A stretch of 34,145 bases of DNA from positions 1-34,145 of the forward strand of contig JYFJ02004211.1 of assembly GCA_000934665.2 (NCBI GenBank), read 5' to 3'. Positions 1 to 12,411 of this stretch are shown in pieces; within the stretch, counting starts at the first letter, position 1; each line of letters opens with the position of its first letter. This DNA comes from Catajapyx aquilonaris. Its lineage: Eukaryota. A model generated the notes under the pieces. The model saw nothing but the letters and a program-made list of their open reading frames with translations, had not been told where the DNA came from and searched no databases. The translations under genes and the position numbers were made by a program.

Positions 1-400
1 TCATATAACTAATTCAATTAACTACGGTACTCATTTAACTAATTCAATTAACTACTCATATAACTAATTCAATTAGCTACTCAATTAACTCAATAAACTA
101 ATTCAATTAACTACTCATATAACTAATTCAATTAGCTACTCAATTAACTCAATAAACTAATTCAAATAACTACTCAATTAACTCAATAAACTAACTCATT
201 TAACTAATTCAATTAACTACTCATTTACCTAATTCAATTAACTACTCATATAACTAATTCAATTAACTACGGTACTCATTTAACTAATTCAATTAACTAC
301 TCATATAACTAATTCAATTAGCTACTCAATTAACTCAATAAAGTAACCCAATAAACTAATTCAATTAACTACTCAATTAACTCAATTGACTAATTCAATT
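1..400. repeat. AT-rich minisatellite built on TAACTAATTCAATTAACTACTCA-like units
   Basis: Many consecutive near-identical copies of taactaattcaattaactactca(t/a) from the window start to ~400. Confidence 0.9.
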
Positions 401-730
401 ACATTTACACATAATTTATGATAGCAATTTACTATATTCATGTGTAATTGAAATTATTTATGCGAGTAGACCTATGCGTAATATTTGGCTTTACACTATA
501 GCCTACAGTACATTTTATGTATACAGTATTTAACATTAAATTGATCTGATAAATATATTTAAATTGAATAACTTTCAAATTTAAAAAAATGAAACATTAA
601 ATATCAAATAATAATAATAATAATGGAGCCTCCAAACCGTGAATTTTATAAATCAGACATGGAGTTAATTAACTAATTAACTCCGAAATCAATTAACTTT
701 AACATATAAATAATTCAAATAAATAATTAT

Positions 731-908
731 GATAAAGTAAATATGTATAAGAATGAATTGGCAATAAATGAAGGCAAAATTAAGATAAATAATTAAACCC
801 AATTAAAAATGATAAAAGTAAATATTTAAAAATGAATTGGCAATAAATGAAGGCACAATATTAAGATAAATAATTAAAACCAAATAATTACGATAAGTAA
901 ATATTTAA
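731..908. repeat. ~80-bp AT-rich tandem duplication (2 copies plus a partial third)
   Basis: gataaagtaaatat...gaattggcaataaatgaaggc...ttaagataaataattaaa starts at 731 and 811, with a partial copy at ~892. Confidence 0.8.
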
Positions 909-965
909 GTGATCCAAAAGGTGTTTCCNTCCCCTCCCCCTCCTTCCCGTCGAATCAAAAAAAAG

Positions 966-1363
966 ATGGCCGACTCTGACTCGGACGCGAGCCCAGAAGG
1001 AGACCACCAGCGTCGGGTAGTCGTCTCCTCCTCCTCCTCCGCCAACAACACGACCACAACCACCACCGCTCTGGTGAGGCCATCTGCCCAGCAGCAACAC
1101 ACGGGGTCCGCACACGGGGCCAACAGGATCAAGATGCCCGCCGGGTCAGTGGTGGTGACGCAGGCGGGAGGGCCTCGGGTGGTGACCATCTACAAGACGG
1201 AGACGGGCTTCGGGTTCAACGTCAGGGGCCAGGTCAGCGAGGGAGGCCAGCTGAGGAGCATCAACGGGGAGCTCTACGCCCCTCTGCAGCACGTCAGCGC
1301 AGTGCTGGACGGAGGGGCCGCAGAGAAGGCCGGGATCAGGAAGGGAGACAGGATACTCGAAGT
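966..1363 (+). CDS. SNX27: SNX27 coding exon 1 (S/T-rich N-terminus + N-terminal part of PDZ domain)
   Basis: ATG at 966 (MADSDSD...), PDZ with VPS26-binding beta-hairpin [11 protein letters not shown], ends ILE-GT|gtgagt (phase 2). The start codon is inferred; another in-frame ATG lies at 1134. Confidence 0.93.
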
Positions 1364-1529
1364 GTGAGTATACCGCATCATTCTATTGCATTGGTGGTAT
1401 GTACACGGATCAAGTCAAGGGGCTGTACGACACTGGCTGCTGTCAAGCGTGCAGCGGACTAAAGCTCAGACCTGTCGGACTTGGTGCCCGAGATTGGTCG
1501 GACATGGCGCCTCATGCCGTGCAACAAAT

Positions 1530-2360
1530 ACCAGTATTACTTGCCGTAAATAATAATCTTAATGAATAATAATACATATTAGTCGCCATAACTGATAACA
1601 GTTGTTGTACGGATAATCCGGGATAATCACCAATAACAGTAGTAGTAATCACCATCATAAATACTGGTAATAATGAATATTAGTGGCCATAAATAGCAAA
1701 TATTATAATCGCCATGATAAACAGGAGTAAATATTATTCACGTGCCATAAATAACAGTAGTAATAGTAATCATTTAACATAATAAATATTGCCATAAATG
1801 TAATATCATAATCCCCATAATAAATACTGGTAATAATTAATATTAGTCGCCATGAATACCAGTAGTAAATATTAATCGCCATAAATACCAGTAGTAAATA
1901 TTAATCGCCATAAATACCAGTAGTAAATATTAATCGCCATAATAAATAATAGTAAATATTAATCGCCATAAATACCAGTAGTAAATATTAATCGCCATAA
2001 TAAATAATAGTAAATAATAATCGCCATAAATACCAGTAGCAAATATTAATCGCCATAATAAATAATAGTAAATATTAATAGCCATAAATAATCGCCTTAT
2101 GAACATAATAAATATTGCCGTAAATAATAGCACTATTAATAGTAATAATCACCATTTTAAAATTACAAGTCGCCATACATTTTATAACAGTAGTAATAAT
2201 AATCGCCGTAATAAATAATAAATATTTGTTGTAAATAATAACAGTTAGTGAATTAATGAATGAAAGTAATAATCGGCATAATAATAATAGTCACATAAGT
2301 AAATGATCGCCATAATTAATAAATAATAGGTTACATATAAGTTGCCGTAAATAATAATGA
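1530..2360. repeat. AT-rich degenerate minisatellite (~29-30-bp unit) in SNX27 intron 1
   Basis: Repeated aatattaatcgccataaataccagtagta; most regular at ~1850-2090 and decaying on both sides. Confidence 0.85.
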
Positions 2361-4677
2361 AAATAGCGTAGGCGAAGATGCATTGTATTGTGCGTATGGT
2401 TCTCGGGCAGCTTATAAACTGACTGCATGAACGTATGTTGTGCGTACAGTTGGATCGGTTGAATTTTTAATTTCGCATCGTAATGTGCTGCTTGCATGAA
2501 CATGTTCATTGTACGGCTGTTAAGTTCAGTGCAAGTTATGCCCGAGGGTGCAGTATTCAGTTGGCAGTTTCATTTTTTGATCAGAAATTGACGATGCGAG
2601 TGGTGCCAGCTGGATCCACTTTATATCAATTGATGCGCAGGATATGTATTGAAATTCTGGGTCCAAGGTATTGTTTTGGAGAATTGTTGCGAATATTATT
2701 GAAAATTATGCAAATCTTCTGTAAGGCTTTTTGTGTGCTTTTCTGGCTGCCGGATATGTTGAACTAAATTGTGTTGGAGTTTGCTGCACTATTCTTTCGC
2801 TTTAATGTCTACAATAATATTAATTGACGATTTAATGAAGGTGTGCAATTGACCAATTATGATGTGCACAAATCTGCAGATAGTTGAAGATAGTTGGCGT
2901 AGATAGTTGGCGCGGGGCCTTTATGGTCGGGTCGCCGTAACTCTGACACAGTTGTAGATAGATCTGTCGTCGAAACATTTTGCACAGTAAAACGAGTAAT
3001 CGCTTTACCGAGAAGCCATGGTGGAATTACGCATTGACTTGCATTAGTCTGTAAACATTGTTCCCTCCGCTCCGACCAACAAATTCAATGACTGTGACGG
3101 ACACTCCTAATTTGTCGCAAACAGTGTGCGTTGACACTGTGACACGTGTTGTCCTCTGCTCATGGAAATTAATGTTTGCAGAAGCAAAGCCATACTGCAA
3201 AAGTGATTATTTTTTTTTCCCCACAAAACCGCAAGGGCTAATTACCAACACAAAATCAATCAAATTGCCGCAAAAGAGGCACAAATCTGCAACATGGGCT
3301 GTAATAAATTTTTTTTTACGTAAGTTAAACAATAAGTAACCTCGCTTCTTACAAAGTGCCTCGTTATCTTTTTTTTTCCACTTCAGTGTTTAATGAGCTT
3401 TCAGGAGCCTCATCCCTGCAGCTTTATCTACACTGCATTACACTAGAAGTTTGATTACAAAGTCACTGTAAATGAGACTCCCCCCTTGGGAACTTCCCTT
3501 TTCATGCATAGATTCCCTGTGAAACGTGCAAGTCGTTATGGCCCCTTAATGATGCCTGGCTTTAAAAAAAAAAAAAGTGGGTTAAGTTCAGGCTTTGAAT
3601 GCATAGTCGAATGTGATTAAGAGGATGTTGCGGGCTTGGCAGTAAATTTTGGCCGAGCCTGCAGTGATCTTCTAGTAGCCGTAATAACCGTTTGTACAGC
3701 ACCCGATTGTAACTTACACTTCATAATCACCATATTTGTTATTTAATTTTTACGTTGCCCATTGTCAAAACCATCGACATACAAACATCGCCTTTTATAT
3801 AAGTAGAGATTACATTTAAATGTATATAATGTTGCCTTGCCACTGCCATTGACATGCAAACATTGCCTTTTTATACAAGTAGACATTACATTTAAATATT
3901 TTATGTTATTGCTTGTTTGTTTACAGCCCGTAACTGTATGATCCGCACCAGAGATTTGCCCTTGGGTTATCTGTAAAAGGTCATGGACTTGAGTGAATAA
4001 CCCACATTCCGTTATGAGAACTTCTGACAAGCTGTCATTCCATCGCATCACATGACGACGCATGCTTCATGCACTTGTCAACATGAATCACCACTTGAGA
4101 TGACATTGGTCGGTTGACGACAAGTGAACTCTGCGGAGAGGGCAATGCTTTTGGTGGTACTTCCCAGACGGTCCACTTTCTTGGGGATTTTGCCAGGAAA
4201 TTGGGGGAGACCGGTTGAGAGCGCACTATTCCCACTCGGTGAAAGGGAAATGGCTTCTGTGCAGATTTTTCTTTCTTTCTTTTTTTGCACTGCACATTTG
4301 GCTGATTGTAGAAGGGGTGAGAGAATGCAATTGAGCCTCGTGGGGGGTTCGAGTTAATTGGCCTCTGTGATGTGGAATGTCCCCGTTTTCACCCCCCACC
4401 CACCCCCACCCTCTTTTGGTTCCTTTTTTATTGCGAAGCTCAGGCGATCTGGAGGATCGATAGGGTGTGTCCCTTTTAATCTGCCTTATGGGAAATGTAA
4501 TTGGACAGACGGAAAGATTGTGGACAGTTGCAAGTCAGCAAATATAAGCTCGCGAAAAAAAAAACTGCCTTTCTTGATGTATATCGGTATTCCCGGGATG
4601 TATCGATATTCTTGGATCACATCCGATATTTTTGGCTCACGTGTCATAGACCGCGATTGGCTCTTAACTCCTCCCAC

Positions 4678-5958
4678 TTGCGCCCGCTAATTTGCGCTGG
4701 TAAAGTTGCGCCCTCTTTGCGCTGGCAAGTTGCGTCGACAACTTGCGCTGGCAGATTTGCGCCGGTAAAGTTGCGCCCTATTTGCGCAGGCAAGTTGTGT
4801 CGATAACTTGCGCCGGCAGATTTGCGCTGGTAAAGTTGCGAGAGCATGTTTGCCTGGCAGGTTGCGCCCGCTAGTATGAGCTGATAATGTTGCGCTCGCT
4901 TTGCGCTGGCAAGTTGCGTCGATAACTTCCGCCGGCAGATTTGCGTTGGTAAGGTTTCGCCCGCTAGTTTGAGCAGATAAAGTTGCGACCTATTTGCGCC
5001 TATAACTTGCGCTGGGAGATTTGCGCTGGTAAGGTTGCACTCTCTAGTTTGAGCCGATAATGTTGCGCCAGATTTGCGCTGGCAAGTTATGTCGATAACT
5101 TTCTCCGGCACATTTGCGCGGGTAAGGTTTCGCGCGCATGTTTGAGCAGATAAAGTTGCGAGCGATTTGCGCCTGTAACTGGCGCCTGGCAGATTTGCGC
5201 AGATAAAGTTTCGCCCGATTTGCGCTGGCAAGTTGCGTCGATAACTTGCGCCGGACATGGTTGCCAGCGCAAGTTTGCCTGGCAGGTTGAACTCTCCAGT
5301 TTGAGCAGATAAAGTTGCGACCGATTTGCGCCTATAACTTGCGCTGGTAAGGTTGCACTCTCTAGTTTGAGCCGATAATGTTGCGCCCTATTTGCGCAGG
5401 CAAGTTGTGTCGATAACTTGCGCCGGCAGATTTGCGCTGGTAAAGTTGCGAGAGCATGTTTGCCTGGCAGGTTGCGTCGATAACTTGCGCCGGCAAGGTT
5501 GCCCGCGCATGTTTGCCTGGCAGGTTGAGCTCTCTAGTCTCTAGTTTGAGCAAATAATGTTGCGACCTATTTGCGCCTATATAACTTGCGCTGGCAGATT
5601 TGCGCTGGTAAGGTTTTGGGCGCATGTTTGGGGAGATAAAGTTGCGTCCGCATTGCGCCGATAACTTGCGCTGGCAGATTTGTGCTGATAACTTGCGCTG
5701 GCAGATTTGCGCTAATGAGGTTGCGCCTTCTAGTTTGAGCCTATAATGTTGCGCTGGCTTTGCGCGGCAATTTGCGTCGATAATTTGTGCCGGTAAGGTT
5801 TGCGTCCGCTATCGCTAATTTACGCTGATGAAGTTGCGTCGATTACTTGAGCCGGCAGATTTGCGGCGAGTTTGTGGAGATAAAGTTGCGCCCACTTTGC
5901 GCCAGCAAGTTTCGTCGACCGCCAGCAGATTTGCGCCTGCTTTGAAACAAAGCAGGCG
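4678..5958. repeat. GC-rich complex satellite of TTGCGC-containing short modules in SNX27 intron 1
   Basis: Recurrent gataacttgcgc / ggcagatttgcgc / ggtaaagttgcgc / tttgagcagataaagttgcg modules; ends in the perfect hairpin cgcctgctttg-aaa-caaagcaggcg (5934-5958). Confidence 0.9.
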
Positions 5959-6299
5959 TAACTTACCATTGCGGGGATAATTACTAGGTGTTTAGCTACC
6001 CCCGGATGTGAATTATCTCCGATGATGAGAAGAAATAGACAGCTTCTGACCCCTTATGTTACACGATATGTTGCCTAGAGGGCACCCCATCCTCAACAGA
6101 TAACACCAGACCTGTTTTTTTTAAAAAAACAGCCAACCCCTGTGAATTTATCTGCCTGGGTCACTAGGCCAGCACTAATCAATGTCGCAATTTGTTGCGA
6201 AACTGCTAATGAGCTAAGGCAGCTGCGAAACTTTTTTAAATCGGCCATAATTAATTTAGCCTCCTGTTTTTTTAAACGGGCCAGCTCAGTTGATTAACA

Positions 6300-6674
6300 C
6301 TCCTGCAAGGTAACGGATGCTACCCGTTTGTTTAATCAGCTGATTAAGTTAGCCCCAAATATTGTGGAGGCGCCATCTTTGGCTGCCATGGAGAGATCTT
6401 ACGGGAAGACTGTACACCATTTAATAATAATTTGCGGTAGAGTGGCTGGGGCAGTAGGGGAGACATACCGACAAACTTTCCCTTACATGCATACATGTAT
6501 ATGTACATATATTTTCTTTTTTTTCTCTATTTTTTTCCTTTTCTTTCTTCTTCAATGTTTTTAAACCATATTACTGTATTAATTATTTACTGTACTCATG
6601 TAACCATTTATTTTGTTGAAGTTGGTACGCTGTCTCTCTCTGCCAAATGGGCTACTCGCCCAGGGCATAATAAA

Positions 6675-6739
<65 letters not shown>
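6300..6739 (+). mobile_element. Probable 5'-truncated non-LTR retrotransposon (CR1/L2-like) 3' end with (ATT)n tail
   Basis: Reading frame ...TRLFNQLIKLAPNIVEAPSL... resembles the recalled WNxLPxxxVxAPSL C-terminus of CR1/L2-type ORF2; followed by the small stem-loop tgggc-tactc-gccca, AATAAA (6669-6674) and an (ATT)n run. Confidence 0.45.
6675..6739. repeat. (ATT)n microsatellite
   Basis: About 21 perfect ATT units. Confidence 0.97.
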
Positions 6740-6743
<4 letters not shown>

Positions 6744-7819
6744 GTGAAGCCATTGACCTCTCCAAGGTCGCCAATATCCAATAAGCGTTTATCTGGCCAG
6801 GAAAATGCATGGATTTAATCCATTTAATAAATACCTCTTTATCTTAAGCACACACACTGTGATAAAGGCTCCCCCCACTGCTGTAGGAAAACGATACACT
6901 GAACACACTCTCTCTCTATAGGACATTGAAGGTGATCCGGTTTCAGTCTTTCTGTGCACGTATTACTGGTTATACAGTTATTCGGTCCAGTGAGCCAAGA
7001 GGCCAGCTAAGCCAAGATGACCCCTTAGGGAGATATAGGACCTTACTAGTGTTAAAGGGATGCTTAGCACCCATTCCTGTTTCTACACCGGGATCCATCT
7101 GGCAAGGTACGGTACAGCAGACAGAAAGACACACGATACCTCTTATGAAAGGAGGTGTATCCAGCCTGTGGTTAGCCTGGTTTTGATTGGGATTGACACG
7201 ATGCGCCTTTTTTAAAATTTGAACCGTGTTTTTATATAAGGATCGATGGGCCTTTGATGTGCTGGTTTTGCGGGTTGGAAAAGTTTTGAAAAACCCGGGG
7301 CGGGGGGTCTGGGGTTTTGGGGTCGGTTTTTAAGGCCTGTTTGCACATTGGTCCAGCGGCTTGTGTGCGGTTTTTTGTGGTGCGAGGTGTGACAAAAAGT
7401 TGCGAACTTTGGGATCTCACACGGAGCTTCAGATTGGTGGAGACGTCTAGTTTTATTTACTTATATGTTCCGAATTTAATATTATATTTATTACTAATTT
7501 ATTGCTATTTGCTCTTGCTCATTTAATACTATTTGATTGCTCGTTTAATATTATTTATTACTAATTTAATGCTATTTATTTCTAATTTAATGCTATTTAT
7601 TGCTCATTTAATATTCTATATTGAATTTAATTTTCTATTTCGTATGGTGTTTTATTTTGTTTTTGTTTTCTTTTAATGCTGTTTAAAATTTATGGATGTA
7701 TTATTTATTTGCTTATTTACATTGTGAGTAATGTTTTGAAATATTTTATTAGTATTCTTTATTGAATGATATTATTTTATTTTATTTAATATTTAATTAA
7801 TTAAATTTAAATTTAGTTC

Positions 7820-7879
7820 ATTTGCTGGGTTAGCTTGCGTCTCCCTGCATCGCTGACTACCTCTTACAGGGAAATGTTG

Positions 7880-7907
<28 letters not shown>
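7820..7907 (+). mobile_element. Possible short retroposon 3' fragment ending in (GAT)n
   Basis: GC-richer island within AT-rich low-complexity DNA, with a tccctg...caggga stem followed by a (TGA)n run. Confidence 0.3.
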
Positions 7908-7910
<3 letters not shown>

Positions 7911-8074
7911 TTTATTTTTTTATTTATTGTTTAAAATGTATTCTAATTTTTGTTTGATACTTGGTTGTGTATTATATTTATATTGTTTCAAATGATTTAT
8001 TTGATTTATTTGTTATTACCATAATAGTTATTATTATATATATTTATGTTATATTTATTGATTATTGTAGGCTA

Positions 8075-8111
<37 letters not shown>
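8075..8111. repeat. (TAT)n microsatellite within AT-rich low-complexity tract
   Basis: Direct reading of the tattattat run. Confidence 0.9.
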
Positions 8112-8112
<1 letters not shown>

Positions 8113-9273
8113 GGCTAATTTATTACAATATTTGCCTTGCTTATATTGATATTATTTTAATATTTATTTATGGCTATAACGATGCGGTGGTACAGGAATA
8201 ATTGCTACAGTAACGCTCCTGCCTCTTCAATAAAGAGATTCAAATTACATTTTAATAATCGTCCTCATAGATGCGCCTGTCAGTACAAGATGCGTCCTAA
8301 TCACGGGCCGCATGTTTGCAAACTTTGTATACACAAAAACCGGCTGAATATTCATGCGGGCCGCTGTCATTAAGCTCAGTGCGTCAACAGCCAAACTTTC
8401 CAGAGGGAACAAAAATATGTTGCGGAGAGAGGACCATGTGAAATATCCCTCTGCGACACCCGATCCCCTATCCCTAGAGAGGGGGGGAAGCATAATTGGA
8501 TTATTTTAAGCAGTTCATTCACGTTAGGTTCACATATTGATCCACCTATCCGATAATGGCAACGGGGGGAAAAAAACGCATTGAATGGGGGAGCAATAAT
8601 AACAGACCGTTTAATTTTTTTTGCGGAGTGGGTGTTAAAACGGCGGTCCATTTTGCTGGGCATGTGGATCACGTTCATGGAATTCAGCCGGAATAAAACA
8701 TTGGGAGGGGGCTTACATTATTGGCAAGTCATGTATGAATAAGTACGTGACATGATTGGACGTTGGAGGGGGAGGGGATTTTGCCTTTCTCGCTCTCATT
8801 CACGCAGGAATGCCTGCCAGATTTTGATGCTTTTTATGCTCGTTGCGTTGTTAATGAAGTGACAGGAATAAAGGCAAAATCAATAAGCTTGGTCGTGGGA
8901 ACTTGTCACGACATCTGCATCGTTGGAGCAGAGGAAGTGTGTCATTTTTTAAAAGACTCTGCGGTAGTACTACAGGACATTGAAGTATCTGTAGCAGCAA
9001 AGTAAGAGTTAACATGCAACGCTGATTAATTTACATCCTTTTTAATTCAAGAGGGATTGTGCTCCAGGCGCCAGTAATTTGACGCACTTCATGTCGTAAA
9101 TTTTAATGACCATAATTTCCTGATTATCCCCAATTACTTCCCAATATTTTGGGAATTTCCGCAGCATTGTAGCCACTGCGAGCTTCGATCCGTTGCGAAA
9201 AAGGGCGGGATGGGGCAATTCGCATCAAGTCATTTCCTGCTCTCATTTTTTTTTTGGTCGTCTTTCGTTTCAG

Positions 9274-9376
9274 AAATGCTGTCAACGTCGAAGGTGCGAC
9301 TCATAAGCAGGTGGTGGACCTCATCAAGTCCGGAGGAGATGTGCTCATGCTCACTGTGATATCCGTCACACCACAG
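9274..9376 (+). CDS. SNX27: SNX27 coding exon 2 (C-terminal PDZ)
   Basis: tttcag|A AAT GCT...: (V)[34 protein letters not shown]|gtatta; phase matches exon 1. Confidence 0.96.
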
Positions 9377-10709
9377 GTATTATCATATGTACATTTCAAT
9401 ATCTGTTCTGCCGAGAGCTCCCAAACATTCAAATCCTAGAAGCCGAGTCCTCTTTTTTCCTTTATAAGATTTTGAGCTTGTGATTCTGTTTCCGGCTCTC
9501 TGCAAAAAAAAAAAGCCATGTGCATTAAAAATTTGACGTCACGGACAGACCTTTTCATACAAAAATTGTTATGGATGTGCAAGCCCGCATTAGTGCGATG
9601 ACGACTGACTTGCTACTGCGAATCTCTTGGGATTGCTGCGGGGGGAAAAATATAAGCCGAAAAACATGTTTGTCCGGAGACACAGATTGTCAGTTTGTAC
9701 TAACTGTGACTTATATTTGTCGTCAAGTATTGGAAGCAACACTTTTATGTGTTTTTTTTTCATCCTTAATTGCTGCGGATTGCAAAGCTGTGGGGCGTAC
9801 AATTTTTTAAAAAGGCTGCAAATGGCATATTTATGTCGCGCAACTTGCAATTAAAAGCATATAGTTCGTACCCTGCAGCGATGCAAACGTTTTGAGTGAA
9901 CCTCGGCGTAATCCAAGCCCACCTGCAACTCCTTTAAATGCTGCGGTTTGTGCATTAACACACAGGCAAAATCTGGATGGCGGACAGACAGGTGGGCCAT
10001 TAAAGTCGAATGGAGAGGAGCACTTTAGGTCTCCCCCACCTAGTATTGATTTTTAGGCTTGGCTTTTCCTTGAGGTGCTCAAAATCCGCACACGGTTTGG
10101 TTGGGGGGGGGGATTTGGCATTGAAAACTTTGTTTCATGTTTACTCTCCGACCGGTTTCGCAAGGCTGCAAATATTATATGATTAATCGGCAAAGATGAA
10201 TCTGGCAGTGTACCCATAATAATCCGGATTAAAAAATTGCTGTTAATTGCAGCTCACTTTTTTGACAAAATTGTAGCCTTCAAATTGGTCGGAAGTTTAA
10301 CCAAGTAAAAACCAAACTTGCGCATTAGCATATTTCCCCCCCAGTCCTCGCAATAAATTTGATCTCCGCCGCACTGATTTCACAAAGGGGAGGAAATACG
10401 TTAAGGCTTACTCCGGACTAGAAGGTAATCCGTCTCCGCACAATTCCCAGAGAAATCAAAAGGGAATGCGGCAGAGCAGTAACTTCATTAACGTTTGTGG
10501 AGCTCGTTCTTTAAAAATCCTTGCCTTCAAACCCCACTCCAAAGTTGCTTTATAATGTATTGATTCCTCCCACATCTCTTTCACTTCTTTCGCGTGATTC
10601 CCAGATGGGTTTTGAGGAGCGTTAGAACTGAGCACGATTTAAATGGATCTGCCGCTGATAAAGCGAACCTGTAGAAATTTTTATCTCGTAATATGTGACT
10701 GGCTCGTTG

Positions 10710-10758
10710 CATTGGCCGGCATTGGCCCGACATCGGCCCGGCATTGGCCCGGCATCGG
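10710..10758. repeat. Short 10-11-bp tandem repeat (GCATTGGCCCG) in SNX27 intron 2
   Basis: gcattggccg gcattggcccg acatcggcccg gcattggcccg gcatcgg. Confidence 0.8.
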
Positions 10759-10850
10759 AAAGGACATTTTGTTCCATTGTTTGGCTGGAAGATATGTGTA
10801 AACATGTACATAAGTCCCACATTGTAAAATTATTGTTACCGACTTTGCAG

Positions 10851-10979
10851 GAAGCAGAAAGGTTGGAGCCTGGTGAAGAAACGGCTGGATACTCCTACAT
10901 AGACTACAGCGAGAAGCGTTCCCTGCCAATATCCATACCGGACTATCATTACGTTGAGAAAGGCGGAGACAGATATGTC
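10851..10979 (+). CDS. SNX27: SNX27 coding exon 3
   Basis: ttgcag|EAERLEPGEETAGYSYIDYSEKRSLPISIPDYHYVEKGGDRYV|gtaagt. Confidence 0.96.
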
Positions 10980-11042
10980 GTAAGTTGCCGGATTGTTACA
11001 TGTTAAAATATGGATGATTTGAACATACAATTCGTTTCGCAG

Positions 11043-11176
11043 GTTTACAACATTTACATGGCTGGAAGGCACCTGTGTTCGAGAAGGTACCGAGAATTTT
11101 CAAACTTGCAGAACAATCTGAAGAAGGAGTTTATAGGATTTAATTTCCCGAAGCTTCCTGGGAAATGGCCCTTCTC
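11043..11176 (+). CDS. SNX27: SNX27 coding exon 4 (PX domain)
   Basis: tcgcag|[46 protein letters not shown]|gtaagt. Confidence 0.96.
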
Positions 11177-11235
11177 GTAAGTTCCGCCTGTTCGAATGTA
11201 ATGACCTGTAATTAATTAACCTGGAAATGTTAAAG

Positions 11236-11365
11236 GCTGAGTGAGCAGCAATTGGATGCAAGACGTAGAGGGATGGAGCAGTACCTGGAGAAAGTGTGTG
11301 CAGTTAGAGTGATCGCAGAGAGCGATACGATGCAGGAGTTCCTCACAAGCAGCGACGACGAACAG
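11236..11365 (+). CDS. SNX27: SNX27 coding exon 5 (PX domain end)
   Basis: taaag|[44 protein letters not shown]|gtatta. Confidence 0.95.
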
Positions 11366-11422
11366 GTATTACTGGTAGATTCTGGTAGCTGTACGAAGCT
11401 CTAATTCCGTTTACGTTCGTAG

Positions 11423-11600
11423 GGTAATCCAACCCAGGTAGACTTGAAGGTGCTTCTTCCTGATCGTGAGGTGGTGACAGTGACCGTCCAGAAGAACGCA
11501 ACCACCGAATCCGTCTTTGGAAGCGTCGTAGAGAGGATCGGAATGGGGAAGACCACTGCCAGGTTCTTTGCTCTCTTTGAGATAGTCGAGTACAACTTTG
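11423..11600 (+). CDS. SNX27: SNX27 coding exon 6 (FERM-like F1/RA)
   Basis: tcgtag|[24 protein letters not shown]...[12 protein letters not shown]|gtaagt. Confidence 0.94.
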
Positions 11601-11655
11601 GTAAGTTCACTAAACGAACTCATTAGCCGCAACTTATGTCCGGGCATTCCCTCAG

Positions 11656-11816
11656 AGCGCAAGTTGCAACCGAACGAGTTTCCGCACAATCTCTACATCC
11701 AAAACTACAGCACAGCCACCTCCACTTGCTTGACGATCCGCAAGTGGCTCTTCTCCCTCCCGAGAGAACTAAGTCTGGCGCAAGATGACCAAGCACTCAC
11801 CTACTTCTTCTGGCAG
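11656..11816 (+). CDS. SNX27: SNX27 coding exon 7
   Basis: ctcag|(E)[33 protein letters not shown]...YFFWQ|gtcagc. Confidence 0.96.
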
Positions 11817-11870
11817 GTCAGCTCGGATTATATGACCAGTTTTTGCGTAAACTAACGGCGAACATTGCAG

Positions 11871-11960
11871 GCCGTGGATGATGTAAATCGAGGCCATATC
11901 AAGGCTGCGGATCAGCTATACCAATTGAAAGCCCTGCAGGACGTGACTAGGAAACATGAG
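11871..11960 (+). CDS. SNX27: SNX27 coding exon 8
   Basis: ttgcag|AVDDVNRGHIKAADQLYQLKALQDVTRKHE|gtacgc. Confidence 0.95.
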
Positions 11961-12019
11961 GTACGCTCAATGAAATGCGCTGGAGTTTATCCGATGTAAT
12001 TGACATACTTTTTCTGCAG

Positions 12020-12169
12020 TACTTGAAGTTAGCGAGACAACTGGACGGATATGGTGAAGTTGTATTTCCTCACTGTGTGTGCGACTCCAGAAAAGAAGGG
12101 CATGTTGTAGCGCTCGTAGGCACGACATGTTTCAAACTACAAGCCTGTAAGGACGATGGTACTCTCGAG
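12020..12169 (+). CDS. SNX27: SNX27 coding exon 9
   Basis: ctgcag|YLKLARQLDGYGEVVFPHCVCDSRKEGHV...FKLQACKDDGTLE|gtaggt. Confidence 0.96.
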
Positions 12170-12222
12170 GTAGGTAATCGAAGTTAACGTCAAGCGCAAA
12201 AATCATAACGTCTCATGTTCAG

Positions 12223-12351
12223 TCGCAGATAATCGAGTTCCCTTGGTGCAACATCAACGAGTACGAAGTAGACGACGAGGCTATGGCCTTCTGCTTCCAC
12301 TACCAGAGGCCGGAGAAGACTGCCAGATGGGTCAAAATATTCACGCCATAT
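12223..12351 (+). CDS. SNX27: SNX27 coding exon 10 (FERM-like F3)
   Basis: ttcag|SQIIEFPWCNINEYEVDDEAMAFCFHYQRPEKTARWVKIFTPY|gtaagt; a second in-frame CAG 6 nt downstream is a possible alternative acceptor. Confidence 0.94.
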
Positions 12352-12411
12352 GTAAGTCACATAACGTACACCAGTCGCCACAAATACTAATCGAACTTGT
12401 TGCGTTTACAG

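Noticed and set aside
4644..5625. Long ORFs (204 aa and neighbours) on the - strand
   Set aside because: Translations of the TTGCGC satellite; repetitive peptides with no recognisable domain or splice context.
6495..6818. ORF with poly-Ile run
   Set aside because: Translation of the (ATT)n microsatellite.
6743..7421. Solo LTR (TGTGA...TCACA)
   Set aside because: Terminal 5-bp inverted match exists but no target-site duplication, PBS or PPT was visible; left uncalled.
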